A DNA stretch of 64,000 nt, taken from the IMG/VR virus record IMGVR_UViG_3300022822_000017, positions 3,839 through 67,838 of that record, one strand, 5' to 3'. Source of the DNA: a virus. The notes under the pieces were generated by a model. That model was not told the origin of the DNA. It saw only the letters and a program-made list of their open reading frames with translations, and did not search any database. How positions within the stretch are numbered: position 1 is the stretch's first letter; each line of letters starts with the position of its first letter. Position numbers and translations under genes: made by a program. Shown piece by piece: positions 37,597-49,370 of this stretch.

Positions 37597-39564
37597 ATGG
37601 GAAGATTTTATAAAGCAACACCTGGGAATTTCATAGATAATAAGATGTATGAAACACCTTTTGAAGAGATTGCAGGCACTATAGGTCAAATAGACAAAAA
37701 CATTACTGAAACTTATGATGAAGGAAGAAACATTTTAGATGCTTCTGAATCTCAAAAATTAGAATCAGATGATCCAGCAGTTACTGCAAGGTTTGGTAAG
37801 TATAGTGACATAGTAGAACAAAGTACTATAGCTATGGATAAGAACCCACTTGACTTTGTAAAGCACAATGGTAAGCTAAGGAAAGCTTCTAGGGACTTGT
37901 CAACTGATATGAAGACAGGTATCATTGGTAGAGCACAAGAACAGTTTGAAACTTACAATAAGGAAACAGCTGAACTAGATGCAAGAACAGATTTAACTCA
38001 AACTACTAAAGACCTTAAAAAGTCTCACATACTTGCTCAATATAAAAAAGCTGGCTCTTTGAACTACAATCAAGAAACAGGTGCTTTCAATAAAATAAGT
38101 ACTTTTAACTCTGACTTAGTTGGAGAGATTGTAGATGAAGATGCTTACTTAACTAAAGTAGACAAAGGTTTCCAATTCCAATCAGAAGGAGGAGGTAGCA
38201 GTAGGGTAGGTAAAGTTGCAGGAAGTAATGATGACATGCTAATCACTAGTTCTAGTAATAGAACTACTAGGAGTGCTGCTAGAGTTCAATCATATTTAGA
38301 AAAAGATTTAGACTCTAAAGACTATGTAAAAAGTAGGAGACAAATACATCAAATGGAAATGGACATGAATGGTCCCTCTAAAAAGTTAAATAAAGATGGT
38401 ACTCCTATGACACCTCAACAATTAGCTGAACAAGACAAAAGAGACCTTGTTGCTAAAGGTGTAGAGAAACTTACAGGAAGTAGAGGAGCTTACAAAACAT
38501 CAGCTTCTGGATTACCTGGAGCAGGCACTAACAAGAAAAAATCTACAGGAAGAGTAGATACAGGTACTGACATTGATGATACTTCTTCTACAGTAATGCC
38601 AGCAGAAACAATTGTTAAAACTAAATCAAAAGATACAAAACTTCAAAGAATATTTGACTTTGATTCAAATGACATTCCTATTACTAATGACATGACAGAT
38701 GCTGAAAAATTACCTTTACAAAACATGGCAGCATCTAAAGAAAAACTTACTAAAGCAGGATTTAAAAATGCAGAGAGTTTGTATTCTAATACTGTAGATG
38801 GATTTACTTTAGACAAACTTGATGTATTAAGTACTGCTTTAGTAGATTCAGGTCTTTTAGATATAAATTTACCAGCTTTTGAAAAAAGAAAAGCTTCTAT
38901 TGATTACTTAAATACCAAGGCAGCTCAAAAGACTAGAACAACTCTTATAATTCCTGAGTTTAATGATGGAGTTGAAGCAACAGAAGGAGACATATTAGAA
39001 GCAACAGAAGTTGTTAGAGGCATGGTTAACTCTACAGATCAAACTCAAGCAGTTGGAGAAATTTATATAACTGAAGGAGGTAAAACTAAAAAATTACCCT
39101 CTGGAATGAGTTTTAATGACTTGGCAACTAAATCAGGAGCTGTATATATTCAACCAACAGGCAAAGGTCCATCTAGTGTACAAGAAATAGGTAGTGACAA
39201 AAATGGTTGGAAAGACAAAGCAGGTAATTTAATAAAAGCACAAGAAGCTAATAAAGAAAAAGGTATTAGGAAAGGACAGACACTAAGTAGAGCTTACATA
39301 GCTGAGAACCTTCCTGACACAAAAATAATGACTCAGAAAGTAGCTGGAAAAAATATTTACAACAATACAAAGAACCTTATCCATATAGTTCCTGGGGACA
39401 TGAAGCAAGAAATTTTTACTGTCTATGACATAAATGGTAAAATGAAAGAAGTTAAAAGGTATGTAGCAATAGCTAAACTTCTTAGAACTAACCCAGATGG
39501 AACTCCAGGAGAAACTGTAAGTGTTAAAATAGTGCTTGACCCAGAAGATTACAAAACAAACTAA
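37597..39564 (+). CDS. internal virion (cargo) protein
   Basis: MGRFY...YETPFEEI N-terminus; position before the giant RNAP ORF. Confidence 0.6.
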   Translation: MGRFYKATPGNFIDNKMYETPFEEIAGTIGQIDKNITETYDEGRNILDASESQKLESDDPAVTARFGKYSDIVEQSTIAMDKNPLDFVKHNGKLRKASRDLSTDMKTGIIGRAQEQFETYNKETAELDARTDLTQTTKDLKKSHILAQYKKAGSLNYNQETGAFNKISTFNSDLVGEIVDEDAYLTKVDKGFQFQSEGGGSSRVGKVAGSNDDMLITSSSNRTTRSAARVQSYLEKDLDSKDYVKSRRQIHQMEMDMNGPSKKLNKDGTPMTPQQLAEQDKRDLVAKGVEKLTGSRGAYKTSASGLPGAGTNKKKSTGRVDTGTDIDDTSSTVMPAETIVKTKSKDTKLQRIFDFDSNDIPITNDMTDAEKLPLQNMAASKEKLTKAGFKNAESLYSNTVDGFTLDKLDVLSTALVDSGLLDINLPAFEKRKASIDYLNTKAAQKTRTTLIIPEFNDGVEATEGDILEATEVVRGMVNSTDQTQAVGEIYITEGGKTKKLPSGMSFNDLATKSGAVYIQPTGKGPSSVQEIGSDKNGWKDKAGNLIKAQEANKEKGIRKGQTLSRAYIAENLPDTKIMTQKVAGKNIYNNTKNLIHIVPGDMKQEIFTVYDINGKMKEVKRYVAIAKLLRTNPDGTPGETVSVKIVLDPEDYKTN

Positions 39565-39581
39565 AATAAAATATCATTAGT

Positions 39582-42500
39582 ATGAATGAAGAAGAGTTTT
39601 TATTAAAGTATAACTTGAAGTACAATGAGATTGGTGCACTTACTACATTAAATGATGTCTATGTAAGTGAGTTTTCTAATGAAGAGGGTAGTGTTAAAAG
39701 TCATGTTTCAAAAGCAGATTTTGACCTTAACAACAAACAACAAGGAGAGGTTATTAAATCAGGCTATGAGTTTGATGAAACTAGTGACTATGGAGAGTAT
39801 GACCAAAAGAAACAATCTGTAGCTAAAGCTAAACTAAATACTTATCTTCAAGACCCTAGTTTTACTACTTTAAGTGAGTTGCCTGAAAATGGTTCTAAAG
39901 ACCCTAACTATCAAGTAGCTTTTGATGGAATAATGAAAGAGAAGCAGAAAAAGGGAGAGGACTATTTTTCTTCTTTTGAAGCTATGGAACAAAACATTAG
40001 CAGAACTAGACAACAAGATATAGAAGATAATGTAGTTCTTTCTTCTTTGGAAACAGATGAAGAAAGAAAAAGTTACATAGCTAACCAAGCAAACCTTAAA
40101 AAGTTAGAAAAGGAACATGGTAAAGATGATAAAACTTTAATTAAAGAAGCAGCAGAGATAGAGGACTTAGCTATAGGACCAAATGGTATTCCTATGATGA
40201 GACCAGATGAAGATGCTAACATTATAGAAAAAGGTATGTTTTCTGTGATGAAAGGTTTTTCTGATGCAAAGTCTTGGGCACTAGCAGGTATGACAAGTGC
40301 AGGAGAAGGAATAGAAGATGAGAAAGCAAAAGCAGAATACTTAAGACTAAAAGATGAAGAGCATGTTTTAATTGCACCTATTGCAACTAAAAAGAAGATG
40401 GAGCTTCAGGCTAAAATGGATCTTTTAGAGAAACAAGCAGAAGATGTAGGCTACTGGTCTAGGGACTATGCTATGCTTAATAGGCAACACCAACAAATGG
40501 GTAAGAAAATAATGGAGTTAGATAACTTTGTTAATAAGGCTCAATTTGATTGGAGTATATTTTCTTCTAAAACTATTACTGATATAGCATCTTTAGGTTT
40601 TACAGATGTACATGAACAACTACTTATTGATTTAGCTATCAGTAAGAAAATGGAAAACAAAGAAGAATTAAGTGACTTAGAAAAAGGATACTTAGAAACT
40701 CAACATACATTAAAAGATATTGATGGTTTACCATTAGAGCAATCTTTTATGCATCAAGTTACAGGAGGTACAGTACAATCCTTTTCTTTTCTTTTAGGAG
40801 GTATAGGAGGTAGAGCAGCAGGTAAAGTTATCTCAAGAGGTATCACTACTAAACTTGCTAAATTGTCTACTCCTTTAGTAAAAACTCTAGCAGTGTCTGC
40901 AAATGTGGGAACACAAACTTTGTTACACTCAAACACTTATAATGAATCTCTAAAACAATATGTAGGAGATGTAGAGATTACAGAAGATGCAGAAGGACAA
41001 CCTGTATTTTTAGCTAGACATGATTTGTACAATTCTATAAAAGAAGAGAACAGATTAAAACTTGTAGGACTTGATAGAGCTATTTTCCAAAATGAAGGAA
41101 ATGCAAAAGTAGTTGCTGAACTAGAGGCATCAAAGAAAAGTTTAACAGCTTATGACAATAGTGTTAAGATGCCTATGTCAGGTGCAAAGTCTTTATTGTA
41201 TGGAGGATTTGAAACACTTAAAGAAGTAGGGTCTGAACAATTTGGTGGTGCTATCTTAGGTAAACTAGGTTCTGGAGCAAAAGGTTCTATTGCTTGGATG
41301 GGTAAAAAAGCTAACATTGGTCCTAACAAATTAAGTATAGGATTAGAAAAAGCAAGAAGAAAATTCTCTAGCCTTGACAGTAATGCTTTAAATGATTTTA
41401 ACAGAATGGCAACTGCTGTACCTGGTAAAAAATTAATTGGAGGGCAAGGAGAAGAAATGTTTGAAGAGGTACTAGTGCAAGTTATACCTACTGTAGGTAG
41501 TGATTGGCAAGATTACAAGAATCAATTAAGTGAATTAACTAAAGCTGATTTCTATGTAAAAATTGCAGCACAAACTTTTTTGATGAGGTCTGGTATGAAA
41601 GGAGTTTCAAGTGCCAAACAAAAGTATGACACTTTTACTAAACTGTCTTCTAAAGACAGAGCCACAGCTAAGAAAGCACAAGAAGAGATGGAAGTTCTTT
41701 TTAAAACAATGGGTAAAAAAGGTGGAACCCAGGCAGATTTTAACAAGGCATTCATGCAAATAGGAGAAGGTAAATTCTCTATAACTGATTACAACAATGC
41801 TATACAAGGCTTACAAGAGTCAGGAAATTTTGAAGAGGTTTCTACTCAAGAAGAAATGAAAAGAGACTTTGCTCAAAAGCAAATTCAAGCAGTACAAGCA
41901 CAAGGAAAGTTAAAAGAATTTAAGAAAGCTCTTAACAAAGCTAAGTACAATAAGAATTTAGATGCAGGAACTAAAGGTCACATGGCTTTCTTATCACAAG
42001 AAATAAATGAAATTGAAGGAGATGATGCTACCTATGTAAACAGTACTCAAGTAATAAACTTAAAGTCTAAAAAGAAATATACTGATAGAGCACTTGCTAA
42101 GTTAGAAACTTCTGCTCTTAATCAAGATATTAATGAAAGTGAAGCTTTAGATGAGATTAATAAAAAGCTGAACACTAAAGATAAAACTGTTAAAGAAATT
42201 TTCAAAGGAGACTTAAAGTTTTCTCTTGGGAACATTGCAGGTATGTCTAATAATGCACAAGAATATTTAGCATTAGAGCAACAAAGACACTCTATGACTG
42301 AAGCTTCTAATGAGTTACAAAAAGAAATTGAGAGAGTTACTGACTTCAAACATCAAAATGTATTGATGAATGAACAAGATTACAGTGCTTACATTGCTAG
42401 AGTAAACAAGAAAGTTTTTAAAGGAGAAATCACTGCTGACCAATTTCAAAAGTATATAGCTGACCAACCTAGGTCTGACTTTAAAAAGAATTTAACTCCT

Positions 42501-45500
42501 GAGAGTTTAAGTAAAATTAACAGTGCTATACATGAAGAGTTAGTTAGCAATGAAACTGCTGTAAGAAAGTATTCTGCATTCCAAAAGCAAATGGAAGCAA
42601 GAGCTAAAGAAAAAGCAGCAGCAGAGAAGGCAGCTGCTTCCTTTAAAAAAGGAGGAGATGATGTAACTAAACCTGATGCAGAAACAATCAAAGCACAAGG
42701 ACAAGAAACTGTTGCAGAAACAGCTACACCTTTGACAGAAGAAGTAGTGGCAAAAAGTGTAGAAACTCCTAAAGCCAAGACTACTGCTGAACAACAAGAA
42801 TATCATCAAGTTAATTCTGATAATATCTTTGGTGCATTAAATGCAGTAGCAGAAGCAACATCTGTTTTACCAGAAACAAATGTAACTTCTGAAACAAGAA
42901 AAGATAAACTTGTTCAAAGCAAACAAGGAGCAATAGAACAAGCTAAACTAGAACAAGTTGTTACAGACTTAAAAGCAGAAAAAGTTGCTTTAAGAGATAA
43001 AGATGGAACAATTTCTGATGAAAACATGAAAAGGTTTAAGTCTATACAAAAACTTATTTCAAAAGCAACTAAAAAAGCTACTAGGGCAGATACTTCAAAT
43101 GGTGTATTTCATGCAATTAAAACTAAAAGTCCTGTAGATGGAGATCCAGTTGTTTTAACACAATCAGATGCAATAAAAGCAGAACAAGATATACAAGAAA
43201 TAATAACTAATGGTCTTAAAAATAAAAAAGACAGCAATGATATTTTATCAGAAATAACATCAAAATATAGTTTTGACATTTCTACTGTAAGTAGTATTCT
43301 TAATTATATTGAGGACCAAGATTCAAGTGTACCAGAAGTAGGTAACAACAAACAATCATTTGCAGCATGGAGAAAAGCTTCTTATGACAATAAGAGAGTA
43401 GAGGAAGACACAGATGATACAGAAGACCTTGATGAAGATGGTTACATAGAAATGATGTTACCAGGAGGTACATACTTAAATGATAAAACTACTGCAACCC
43501 TTAAAGCTTATTATGAAGATAAGATTAAATGGGAAGGAGTTTCTCCCACCTTTCAAGACTTTTGGCTTGAAGCAATTCAAGAAGGTTTTATTGCTAAGAA
43601 TGATTTAAGCAAAGAACAAATTAAAATGCTTGGTTTAAATTGGCAACAAGCTGGTAATGGTAAGAGTAATTGGGAATCTATTTGGGACAAGAATTATGTT
43701 AAGCCTAATAGTTTTTTATCACAAGTCTTTGAAGAGAATGGTTCTTTAGTTAAAACAGAGGAAGAGGTTATTGCAGAAATAGAAGAAGCATCTGAAGCTG
43801 CTGTAATTAAAGCAGAGCCACAACAAGTAATAAACCCTACAACAGGAGCAGTAGTTCCAGTAACTTCTGTAGCAGGTAAAACTTCAGTAGTTACTGCTAA
43901 AGCTAATTTTAAAGCAATAGCTTATCAGAATGAAACATCAGATGTACAAACAGTAAATGGTAAAAAAGTAATACAAGTATCAAAACAAGATACTAATCAA
44001 GGTGTACCAATGCTTGCTGAAAGTAAAACTATAAACATTGTGGCTACTTTAAATAGTAACCCAGGAGATATATGGTCAGTAGCAATGGCAACAGAAGCTG
44101 AATGGGATATACCAGTAGAAGTTACAAATACTGCTAATTGGACAACAGAGTTTATGCCTTTTTCTACATGGGTAAAAAGAAATATCAAAGGAAGAAGCAT
44201 TGAAGACTTTCAAAATTCTCCAGAGTACATTAACAAAGTGCCTATGTTGTATAGAAACAACAAACAGCAAGTTGTTGGTGTAGTAGCTGACTCTGATTGG
44301 TACAGTCCTTTGACAATAAAAGATTCAAGTAAAAAGAATGGAGAATTTGTAGAGCTTAATAACCCTACTGCTGCACATGCTAAGTCTATAAAGGAAGGTA
44401 AAGACAACACTATAGCACTTAGACAAAAGATAGCTAGTGGAGAGGTTACAAACATGGAAGTTGAAACTAGAGATGGAAGTCCTTATGCTAAAGTCCCTAG
44501 AAATCTGCCTGCAGTTTCACTAGAGAAAGCTTCTCCTACTTCTGAAATTGTATTCTTTAAGACAGGTAATTTCTATGGCTTAAACAATGAAAAAATAAAT
44601 GAAGACAAGACTAAGGCTATTACTAATCCAGGTCTTATTAAAAAGTTAAATCAACAGAATAATTCAGGAAACAATAGTGCTTATTATATGAGTCCTGTTT
44701 ATATCAAAGATGGTGTACAGTTTTATGAAGTGATAGCTGTTCTTAGAAAAAATGAGAACAATGAAAATAGTGCTTTTGATGCAGACATACAAACTTCTAA
44801 GTATATCTTAGGTGCACAAAAAGTTTTAAAGTTTCCTGATGCAAACCAACAAGAGTTAGGTATTACTAAAACAGAAGCTTTAGCTCTTCAAGCATTAGTG
44901 AAAGCTCAAACAGGTTTAGATATTCAAGACTATGGTGTAGCTAAAGAACTAGTTCATGGATTAATTGCAATACAAGGTTTAAACAGTGATGCTAAAGACA
45001 GTAAGTTTACTGTATCTTCTAAGAATGTACCAATAATGTACCAAGATAAAAATGGTAACCTTGATACAAAAGAAGTAAGTTTTACAGATGCATTGTTCTT
45101 AGGACAAAGTACAGTAGTGCAAAACACTTATGTAAACAGTAATAATTCAAAAGGTATTACAATCTCTAAAAATTCAGAGGGATCTTTTGATGTAAATGTA
45201 GCTGAAACTTATGAAAAGTTTTTAAGGAAGAGATTGTTTACAGATGTTGTGAGTTATGATATAGGTACTGAAGGTAATCCAAAATTTACCCATTCAGTTC
45301 AGCCTATCATTAAGCTAAAAACTACCACAGCAGTGTCTGTAACTGTTGCACCTCAAGTAAAGAATGAAGTAAAGCCTACAATAGCTGTAGCAAAAGAGAC
45401 ATTAACTGAAGAGCAAAATGAACAAGTCTTAGCTGCACAAAATGCTTTAAGACTGTTAAATGCTTTAAATGAAGGCTCTATTTCTGAAGACTACATAGGA

Positions 45501-48500
45501 GATTTAAAAAACATAAGTAATGTAAAGAAAGCATTAAACTTAGTTTCAACTTTCTTACCTAAACAACAAAGAGAGTTAGGTGGTTACATGTTTTCTTTAA
45601 TAGCAAACAACAGTACAGAAGCAAACAACTTAAATAACACTGAGTTTAAACAGTTAATTGAAAGACTTTATAAAGATAACTTTAGAGCAAAGAAAGCTGA
45701 GATTACAGCACAGTACAATATCATAAAAAGTATTGCAGATAGTGGCAACAGTTCAGAAGCTATACAAGAGCTTTTAAAGAACTTAGTTGCTACTGTAGAC
45801 AATTTAGATATGGTCATTAATAACTTTGACCAAATCTATTTAAAAAAGATAAGGGAAGCAGGTAAGAAGAAATTTATAGATACTAATGTTAAGTCTGCAA
45901 AAGACTTAGAAAAAGAACTAGACAAAGAAGCTTCACAAGCTGAACAAGGGTATGTAAAAGATTACAATCAATCTTCTAATGAAGTAGTACATAAAGATAA
46001 GATTAGCAAGAAGCTAAAGAAAATATTTTCTGAGGTGAGTACAGGTGAGACTGGTTTTATGGGTATAGATTTATACCAAAACTATGACAAGGTGTACAAC
46101 AAGATAGCTAGCTTTATGTCTAACCCTTTACCATTGTCTCCAAACTTTGATACAATGATAGCTAAACTGGAGACAATTCCAGAGTTTGCTTCTATTGTAG
46201 CAAGTTTAAAAGAGTCTGATGTTGATGTTCAAAATGGGTTTGTATCTAACATGTATAAGTATGCAGCTAATGCAAAGTTTATAGCCTTTACTACTAATGG
46301 ACAAACTGGTTTAGAAGGAGAAGTTTGGTTTAGTAACAGAAACAATTTAAAGCAAAAGATAAGAGAAACTTGGGACAACAACTTTAAAAGGAGTGATGTT
46401 GTTACACAAGATTCACTTAACCAAGAAAAGTTACAAAAGTTAGCTGACCAATATGATAGTTGGAAAGGAGAAGGCTTTAACCAGGACCCAGAAGTACTTA
46501 AAGAATGGTTAAGAAGTTTTGGTCTTGATATTTCTGAAGGTACTTGGGATGAACTTGTTGAAGGTAATCTTATGATTAACAGAACAGGTCTTAGTAATGA
46601 GAAGCTATCTTTTGAAGACTTGTTTTATGATGAAGGCAAAAGAAGAGACAGATTGTTTTCTAGTTTAGCAAACTATGCTAAGACTTATGCTAAAACTAGT
46701 TCTGCAATAGACTTTACTAAAAATGATAAGTTAGTTCCTTTTGAAGATATGAATAATATCATGAAAGGGTTAATTGAAATTGAGTCTCATCACAATGCAT
46801 CTCTTGCAAACATTACAAGAAGAGATGGTGGTAAGACTGTAAGTGAGATAGTTTTTCCTAGTCATTTCCTAGACACTTTTAATGCTCTATCTAATAGTGC
46901 TGGTACAGATAAAGCTGGCATCAAAGCACTACAAGAAACTGCTTATGCAGAGAACTCTTATTGGTTAGACTTATTAATGAATGAACCTGCTATGGCTGAT
47001 GTATTCAGTTATGGAGAAACAGGGTTGATGTCTATGAGAAACATGGACAAGCCAATGAATGATTACAGTAAAATAGAAAACTTAAGTTCTCTGGATTACA
47101 TGTATCATCAAAGAGCAATGTTCCAATTCATGAGAACAGAACCTTTCCCAAGATATAAAGGTTTTAAAATGAGAGTAGCAACAATGTCAATACCTACATC
47201 TTCTGATAAAGGTAGAATGATGTTACTTAAAGTTCCTGTATTTGACTTACTTGCAATGGAGAATACTCTTACTGCAAATGACAATGGAACAGTAAACTTT
47301 AGTCAAGACTTAAATGACTTACTTTTTGAGCAGTTAGTGAAGCCTGAACTTAACAGAATAGTAGAACATAAACTACTTGAAACTGAGCCAGACATAAAGA
47401 ACTACAACAAAGGTGCAGTAAGATTTAATGCAATGGCTGGGTTGAATACTCTTAAAAACTCTGAAGGAGTGTCTGCTGTAAAATTCTTAGAGCAAGGTGG
47501 GTCAATAAAAGATTTCACATCTCAATATAAAGATGCTGCAGTTGCTCACATTAAAGAGTTAATGGAGAATGATGTAGTGCAAAACTTAAGTGTTATTGGA
47601 GACACAAATCAAAACTCTGATAACTTTAACAAAAAAGAGTACATAAGTAGAAACACTGCTACTACAAATCAAAAGAAGAAATTAGCTGAATTTGACTATG
47701 TAATAAATAGTTACTTTAACAACACAAACATAATGCAAACTATGGCAGGAGACCCTGCTATATACTTCAACTCAAAAGGAAGTGATTCTACTATAGATGA
47801 CAAAGCTTTACAAGCACAGTACTCAAAAGAATTAGGAGTAAACATGGGTAAAAGACTTGCCTTAATGATTGCACCTGGTATTGTTACAGCTAACTCTGAT
47901 ACTCAAAAACACATTCAGCTGTTCTTGAAAGACCAAAGTGAAGTTGCTAGTATGGCAGAAAACATTGTAGAGTTTCATTATGGAAAGGATGCTTTAAAAG
48001 AAGAGTTCATGGGTAAAACCTATGACCAACACATTAAAGATTTAAGAGATAAGAAGTCTACTGATGTAGTTAAGGAACAATTAAATTTAAAGTTTGCTAA
48101 AGTAGCTAAATTCTTTGATATTGAATCTACTGATGCACAAGAGTACACTACACTTAGAGAACATTTAAGATTGTTAGTAGGAGAAGGTAAAATTACTCAA
48201 GACAAGGCTGATGAAATTCATGACCATGTGTTTGTAAAAAAGTTACCTTTAGATAGAAATGATAAAGATGTTCAATTGGTTTTACAACCTATGAAGCCTG
48301 TTTACACAGGGTCTGTTATCAAAGATGGTATCAATAGAATAATGTATATCAAATCTTCTTCTTTCCCATTAATTCCAGACCTAATTACTGGAACAGGTTT
48401 AGAGCCACTAATGAATAAGATGAATGAGATTCAAGAACTTTCAGGAGGTAAAACTGTAAGAGCTTCATATCAATCTGCTAATAAAGTAGGTGCTATGGCA

Positions 48501-49370
48501 ACTGAAATAGATCCTTTTAGTCAAAATGATTTAGATGGATTAACTACTAATTGGAACAGTACAGATTTACACCCTACTGATAGTATGGTTCTTAATGGTA
48601 TGGGTCTTAAAATACAACAAGACATACCATTTAAGTCTGCTGTAAAAGGAGATGATAAGGTATCTATGGGTACACAAATTTTCAAACTATTATTTGGAGA
48701 TGGAGTTGCAGATATTAACACAGATGACTTTGATGGTGCTTCATTACAAGAAGAGTTCTTTGAAGCTTTTTCTGTAATGATAGACATTAGCAAGCAAAAC
48801 TTGTTAGACAAATTAGGGTTAGATGAAAACTACAAGCCTATTGATAAAGCTGAATCTTTTGAAAAACTTAGTGAGTTATTAAAAGAATCTGCAGAAGAAA
48901 GAGACTTCTCTGATAATGATTTAAAATTATTAGATGTAAATGAATCAACAAAAAGGGATGGCTCTAAGGTAAATCACTTTACCTTGCCACTATGGTTTTC
49001 TGGGAACAGTAACAAGTTTGAATCTATGCTTACTGCTATTGTAAACAATAAGATATTTAAACAAAAATTACCAGGAAACTCTTTTGTAGTAGGGTCTGAA
49101 GCAGGTCTTACAATAAGAACACAAGAAGATTTGTTCCAAGAAACAGAAGAAGTTGTAGAAGAAGTAGTAGTGCCACAAAAAGCACAACCTGTTGCAACTG
49201 ACTTGACTGCTGAACAAAAAGCAGAAGCTAAACCTGAGTTATCAATGTCTTTTGTAAGTAGGTCTGAACTTACTAACTCTGAAGATATAGATAAAACTCT
49301 TGAAGATAACAATAGAATAAAAGATGAGTACACAGAACTTGAAGACTTAATGGGTTGTTTATGGCAGTAG
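39582..49370 (+). CDS. giant virion protein; C-terminal part is the first (beta-like) half of the virion RNA polymerase
   Basis: 3262 aa; C-terminal motifs KRLALMIAPG, TDAQEYTT, KSSSFPL, SANKVG, KQKLPGNSFV as in crAss-type RNAPs. Confidence 0.75.
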   Translation: MNEEEFLLKYNLKYNEIGALTTLNDVYVSEFSNEEGSVKSHVSKADFDLNNKQQGEVIKSGYEFDETSDYGEYDQKKQSVAKAKLNTYLQDPSFTTLSELPENGSKDPNYQVAFDGIMKEKQKKGEDYFSSFEAMEQNISRTRQQDIEDNVVLSSLETDEERKSYIANQANLKKLEKEHGKDDKTLIKEAAEIEDLAIGPNGIPMMRPDEDANIIEKGMFSVMKGFSDAKSWALAGMTSAGEGIEDEKAKAEYLRLKDEEHVLIAPIATKKKMELQAKMDLLEKQAEDVGYWSRDYAMLNRQHQQMGKKIMELDNFVNKAQFDWSIFSSKTITDIASLGFTDVHEQLLIDLAISKKMENKEELSDLEKGYLETQHTLKDIDGLPLEQSFMHQVTGGTVQSFSFLLGGIGGRAAGKVISRGITTKLAKLSTPLVKTLAVSANVGTQTLLHSNTYNESLKQYVGDVEITEDAEGQPVFLARHDLYNSIKEENRLKLVGLDRAIFQNEGNAKVVAELEASKKSLTAYDNSVKMPMSGAKSLLYGGFETLKEVGSEQFGGAILGKLGSGAKGSIAWMGKKANIGPNKLSIGLEKARRKFSSLDSNALNDFNRMATAVPGKKLIGGQGEEMFEEVLVQVIPTVGSDWQDYKNQLSELTKADFYVKIAAQTFLMRSGMKGVSSAKQKYDTFTKLSSKDRATAKKAQEEMEVLFKTMGKKGGTQADFNKAFMQIGEGKFSITDYNNAIQGLQESGNFEEVSTQEEMKRDFAQKQIQAVQAQGKLKEFKKALNKAKYNKNLDAGTKGHMAFLSQEINEIEGDDATYVNSTQVINLKSKKKYTDRALAKLETSALNQDINESEALDEINKKLNTKDKTVKEIFKGDLKFSLGNIAGMSNNAQEYLALEQQRHSMTEASNELQKEIERVTDFKHQNVLMNEQDYSAYIARVNKKVFKGEITADQFQKYIADQPRSDFKKNLTPESLSKINSAIHEELVSNETAVRKYSAFQKQMEARAKEKAAAEKAAASFKKGGDDVTKPDAETIKAQGQETVAETATPLTEEVVAKSVETPKAKTTAEQQEYHQVNSDNIFGALNAVAEATSVLPETNVTSETRKDKLVQSKQGAIEQAKLEQVVTDLKAEKVALRDKDGTISDENMKRFKSIQKLISKATKKATRADTSNGVFHAIKTKSPVDGDPVVLTQSDAIKAEQDIQEIITNGLKNKKDSNDILSEITSKYSFDISTVSSILNYIEDQDSSVPEVGNNKQSFAAWRKASYDNKRVEEDTDDTEDLDEDGYIEMMLPGGTYLNDKTTATLKAYYEDKIKWEGVSPTFQDFWLEAIQEGFIAKNDLSKEQIKMLGLNWQQAGNGKSNWESIWDKNYVKPNSFLSQVFEENGSLVKTEEEVIAEIEEASEAAVIKAEPQQVINPTTGAVVPVTSVAGKTSVVTAKANFKAIAYQNETSDVQTVNGKKVIQVSKQDTNQGVPMLAESKTINIVATLNSNPGDIWSVAMATEAEWDIPVEVTNTANWTTEFMPFSTWVKRNIKGRSIEDFQNSPEYINKVPMLYRNNKQQVVGVVADSDWYSPLTIKDSSKKNGEFVELNNPTAAHAKSIKEGKDNTIALRQKIASGEVTNMEVETRDGSPYAKVPRNLPAVSLEKASPTSEIVFFKTGNFYGLNNEKINEDKTKAITNPGLIKKLNQQNNSGNNSAYYMSPVYIKDGVQFYEVIAVLRKNENNENSAFDADIQTSKYILGAQKVLKFPDANQQELGITKTEALALQALVKAQTGLDIQDYGVAKELVHGLIAIQGLNSDAKDSKFTVSSKNVPIMYQDKNGNLDTKEVSFTDALFLGQSTVVQNTYVNSNNSKGITISKNSEGSFDVNVAETYEKFLRKRLFTDVVSYDIGTEGNPKFTHSVQPIIKLKTTTAVSVTVAPQVKNEVKPTIAVAKETLTEEQNEQVLAAQNALRLLNALNEGSISEDYIGDLKNISNVKKALNLVSTFLPKQQRELGGYMFSLIANNSTEANNLNNTEFKQLIERLYKDNFRAKKAEITAQYNIIKSIADSGNSSEAIQELLKNLVATVDNLDMVINNFDQIYLKKIREAGKKKFIDTNVKSAKDLEKELDKEASQAEQGYVKDYNQSSNEVVHKDKISKKLKKIFSEVSTGETGFMGIDLYQNYDKVYNKIASFMSNPLPLSPNFDTMIAKLETIPEFASIVASLKESDVDVQNGFVSNMYKYAANAKFIAFTTNGQTGLEGEVWFSNRNNLKQKIRETWDNNFKRSDVVTQDSLNQEKLQKLADQYDSWKGEGFNQDPEVLKEWLRSFGLDISEGTWDELVEGNLMINRTGLSNEKLSFEDLFYDEGKRRDRLFSSLANYAKTYAKTSSAIDFTKNDKLVPFEDMNNIMKGLIEIESHHNASLANITRRDGGKTVSEIVFPSHFLDTFNALSNSAGTDKAGIKALQETAYAENSYWLDLLMNEPAMADVFSYGETGLMSMRNMDKPMNDYSKIENLSSLDYMYHQRAMFQFMRTEPFPRYKGFKMRVATMSIPTSSDKGRMMLLKVPVFDLLAMENTLTANDNGTVNFSQDLNDLLFEQLVKPELNRIVEHKLLETEPDIKNYNKGAVRFNAMAGLNTLKNSEGVSAVKFLEQGGSIKDFTSQYKDAAVAHIKELMENDVVQNLSVIGDTNQNSDNFNKKEYISRNTATTNQKKKLAEFDYVINSYFNNTNIMQTMAGDPAIYFNSKGSDSTIDDKALQAQYSKELGVNMGKRLALMIAPGIVTANSDTQKHIQLFLKDQSEVASMAENIVEFHYGKDALKEEFMGKTYDQHIKDLRDKKSTDVVKEQLNLKFAKVAKFFDIESTDAQEYTTLREHLRLLVGEGKITQDKADEIHDHVFVKKLPLDRNDKDVQLVLQPMKPVYTGSVIKDGINRIMYIKSSSFPLIPDLITGTGLEPLMNKMNEIQELSGGKTVRASYQSANKVGAMATEIDPFSQNDLDGLTTNWNSTDLHPTDSMVLNGMGLKIQQDIPFKSAVKGDDKVSMGTQIFKLLFGDGVADINTDDFDGASLQEEFFEAFSVMIDISKQNLLDKLGLDENYKPIDKAESFEKLSELLKESAEERDFSDNDLKLLDVNESTKRDGSKVNHFTLPLWFSGNSNKFESMLTAIVNNKIFKQKLPGNSFVVGSEAGLTIRTQEDLFQETEEVVEEVVVPQKAQPVATDLTAEQKAEAKPELSMSFVSRSELTNSEDIDKTLEDNNRIKDEYTELEDLMGCLWQ